A stretch of DNA of 64,000 nucleotides from Podarcis pityusensis (taxonomy: Eukaryota), in assembly GCA_964106645.2 (NCBI GenBank), contig OZ067051.1; one strand, 5' to 3'. Position 1 is the first letter of the stretch, and each line of letters opens with the position of its first letter. Positions 1 to 64,000 of the stretch are shown here, piece by piece. The position numbers and the translations under genes were made by a program. The notes under the pieces were generated by a model. That model saw nothing but the letters and a program-made list of their open reading frames with translations. It did not search any database and was not told the DNA's origin.

Positions 1-159
1 TCTTGAGAGCCACAGGGTTCCCATCCCTTTCCAAACGCAAGTTGTGTTATACAGACTTGATTTCTTAGACTAGAGCATGACAGATTGTTGGGTTTTATAT
101 AGTCCAATATAAATGATGATGATGTTGCCCCGATCAGAAGAGTGTGGTGTATTTTGCAG

Positions 160-63643
<63,484 letters not shown>

Positions 63644-64000
63644 GCAGTCTGAGCTTGGTCCCTGTAAGATGGTAACTTCTATTCCTGCACTGTTAGAGGA
63701 GAGCCAAAGGATTGCCTTGTCTCATTTTATTAGGGGTAAATAGACTGGTGAGAAGCCAGTTTCTAAGCTATATTGTATGCTTGGCTTTTTCCAAGATGTT
63801 ATGGTTTGAATGCACTGCCCAGTTGTTGAGGTTTGTGCATCTCTTAGCAAGTTAGTAGTGGTAAACATATGTATATGCCATTTTTGTTTTTAGCCCACTT
63901 TCAGGTATTTTAGTACTTTTATTACATTTTTGGGAAACACAAATGTCTTGAGTAATTTTGTATATCAGAAAAGATGAGAGACCAAGAGGTTTGGGCCAAA

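Overview
Vertebrate (eukaryotic, intron-rich) genomic DNA, most likely a squamate and probably a lacertid lizard, judged from the repeat complement (BovB RTE LINE, tRNA-headed SINEs with CR1 tails, CR1, L2, Tc1/mariner and hAT MITEs). The + strand carries the 3' part of IFT140 (intraflagellar transport complex A subunit): 22 coding exons from 160 to the TAA stop at 63643, 3359 coding nt in one consistent frame, with the 5' exons lying upstream of the window. The complete 3-exon TMEM204 (CLP24, claudin-like, 226 aa) is nested on the - strand inside the 39-kb IFT140 intron 13695-52941, an arrangement already known in mammals. The most unusual signal is an old ~0.4-0.6 kb duplication shared by two different IFT140 introns. 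Its best-preserved part is a 36-nt segment flanked by AG and GTAAGT (8215-8250 and 12382-12417). Each copy would be a stop-free, frame-preserving cassette microexon, but the two would be read in different frames. Other points of note are a hairpin plus out-of-frame upstream AUG over the TMEM204 start codon, a GC-AG intron, a GAG-TAG-GAG triple acceptor, an apparent step in codon GC3 across the big intron, and young BovB insertions with perfect target-site duplications. No prokaryotic features, CRISPR arrays, rRNA or true tRNA genes are present. Gene and repeat names come from recognition of remembered sequences, not from database searches.
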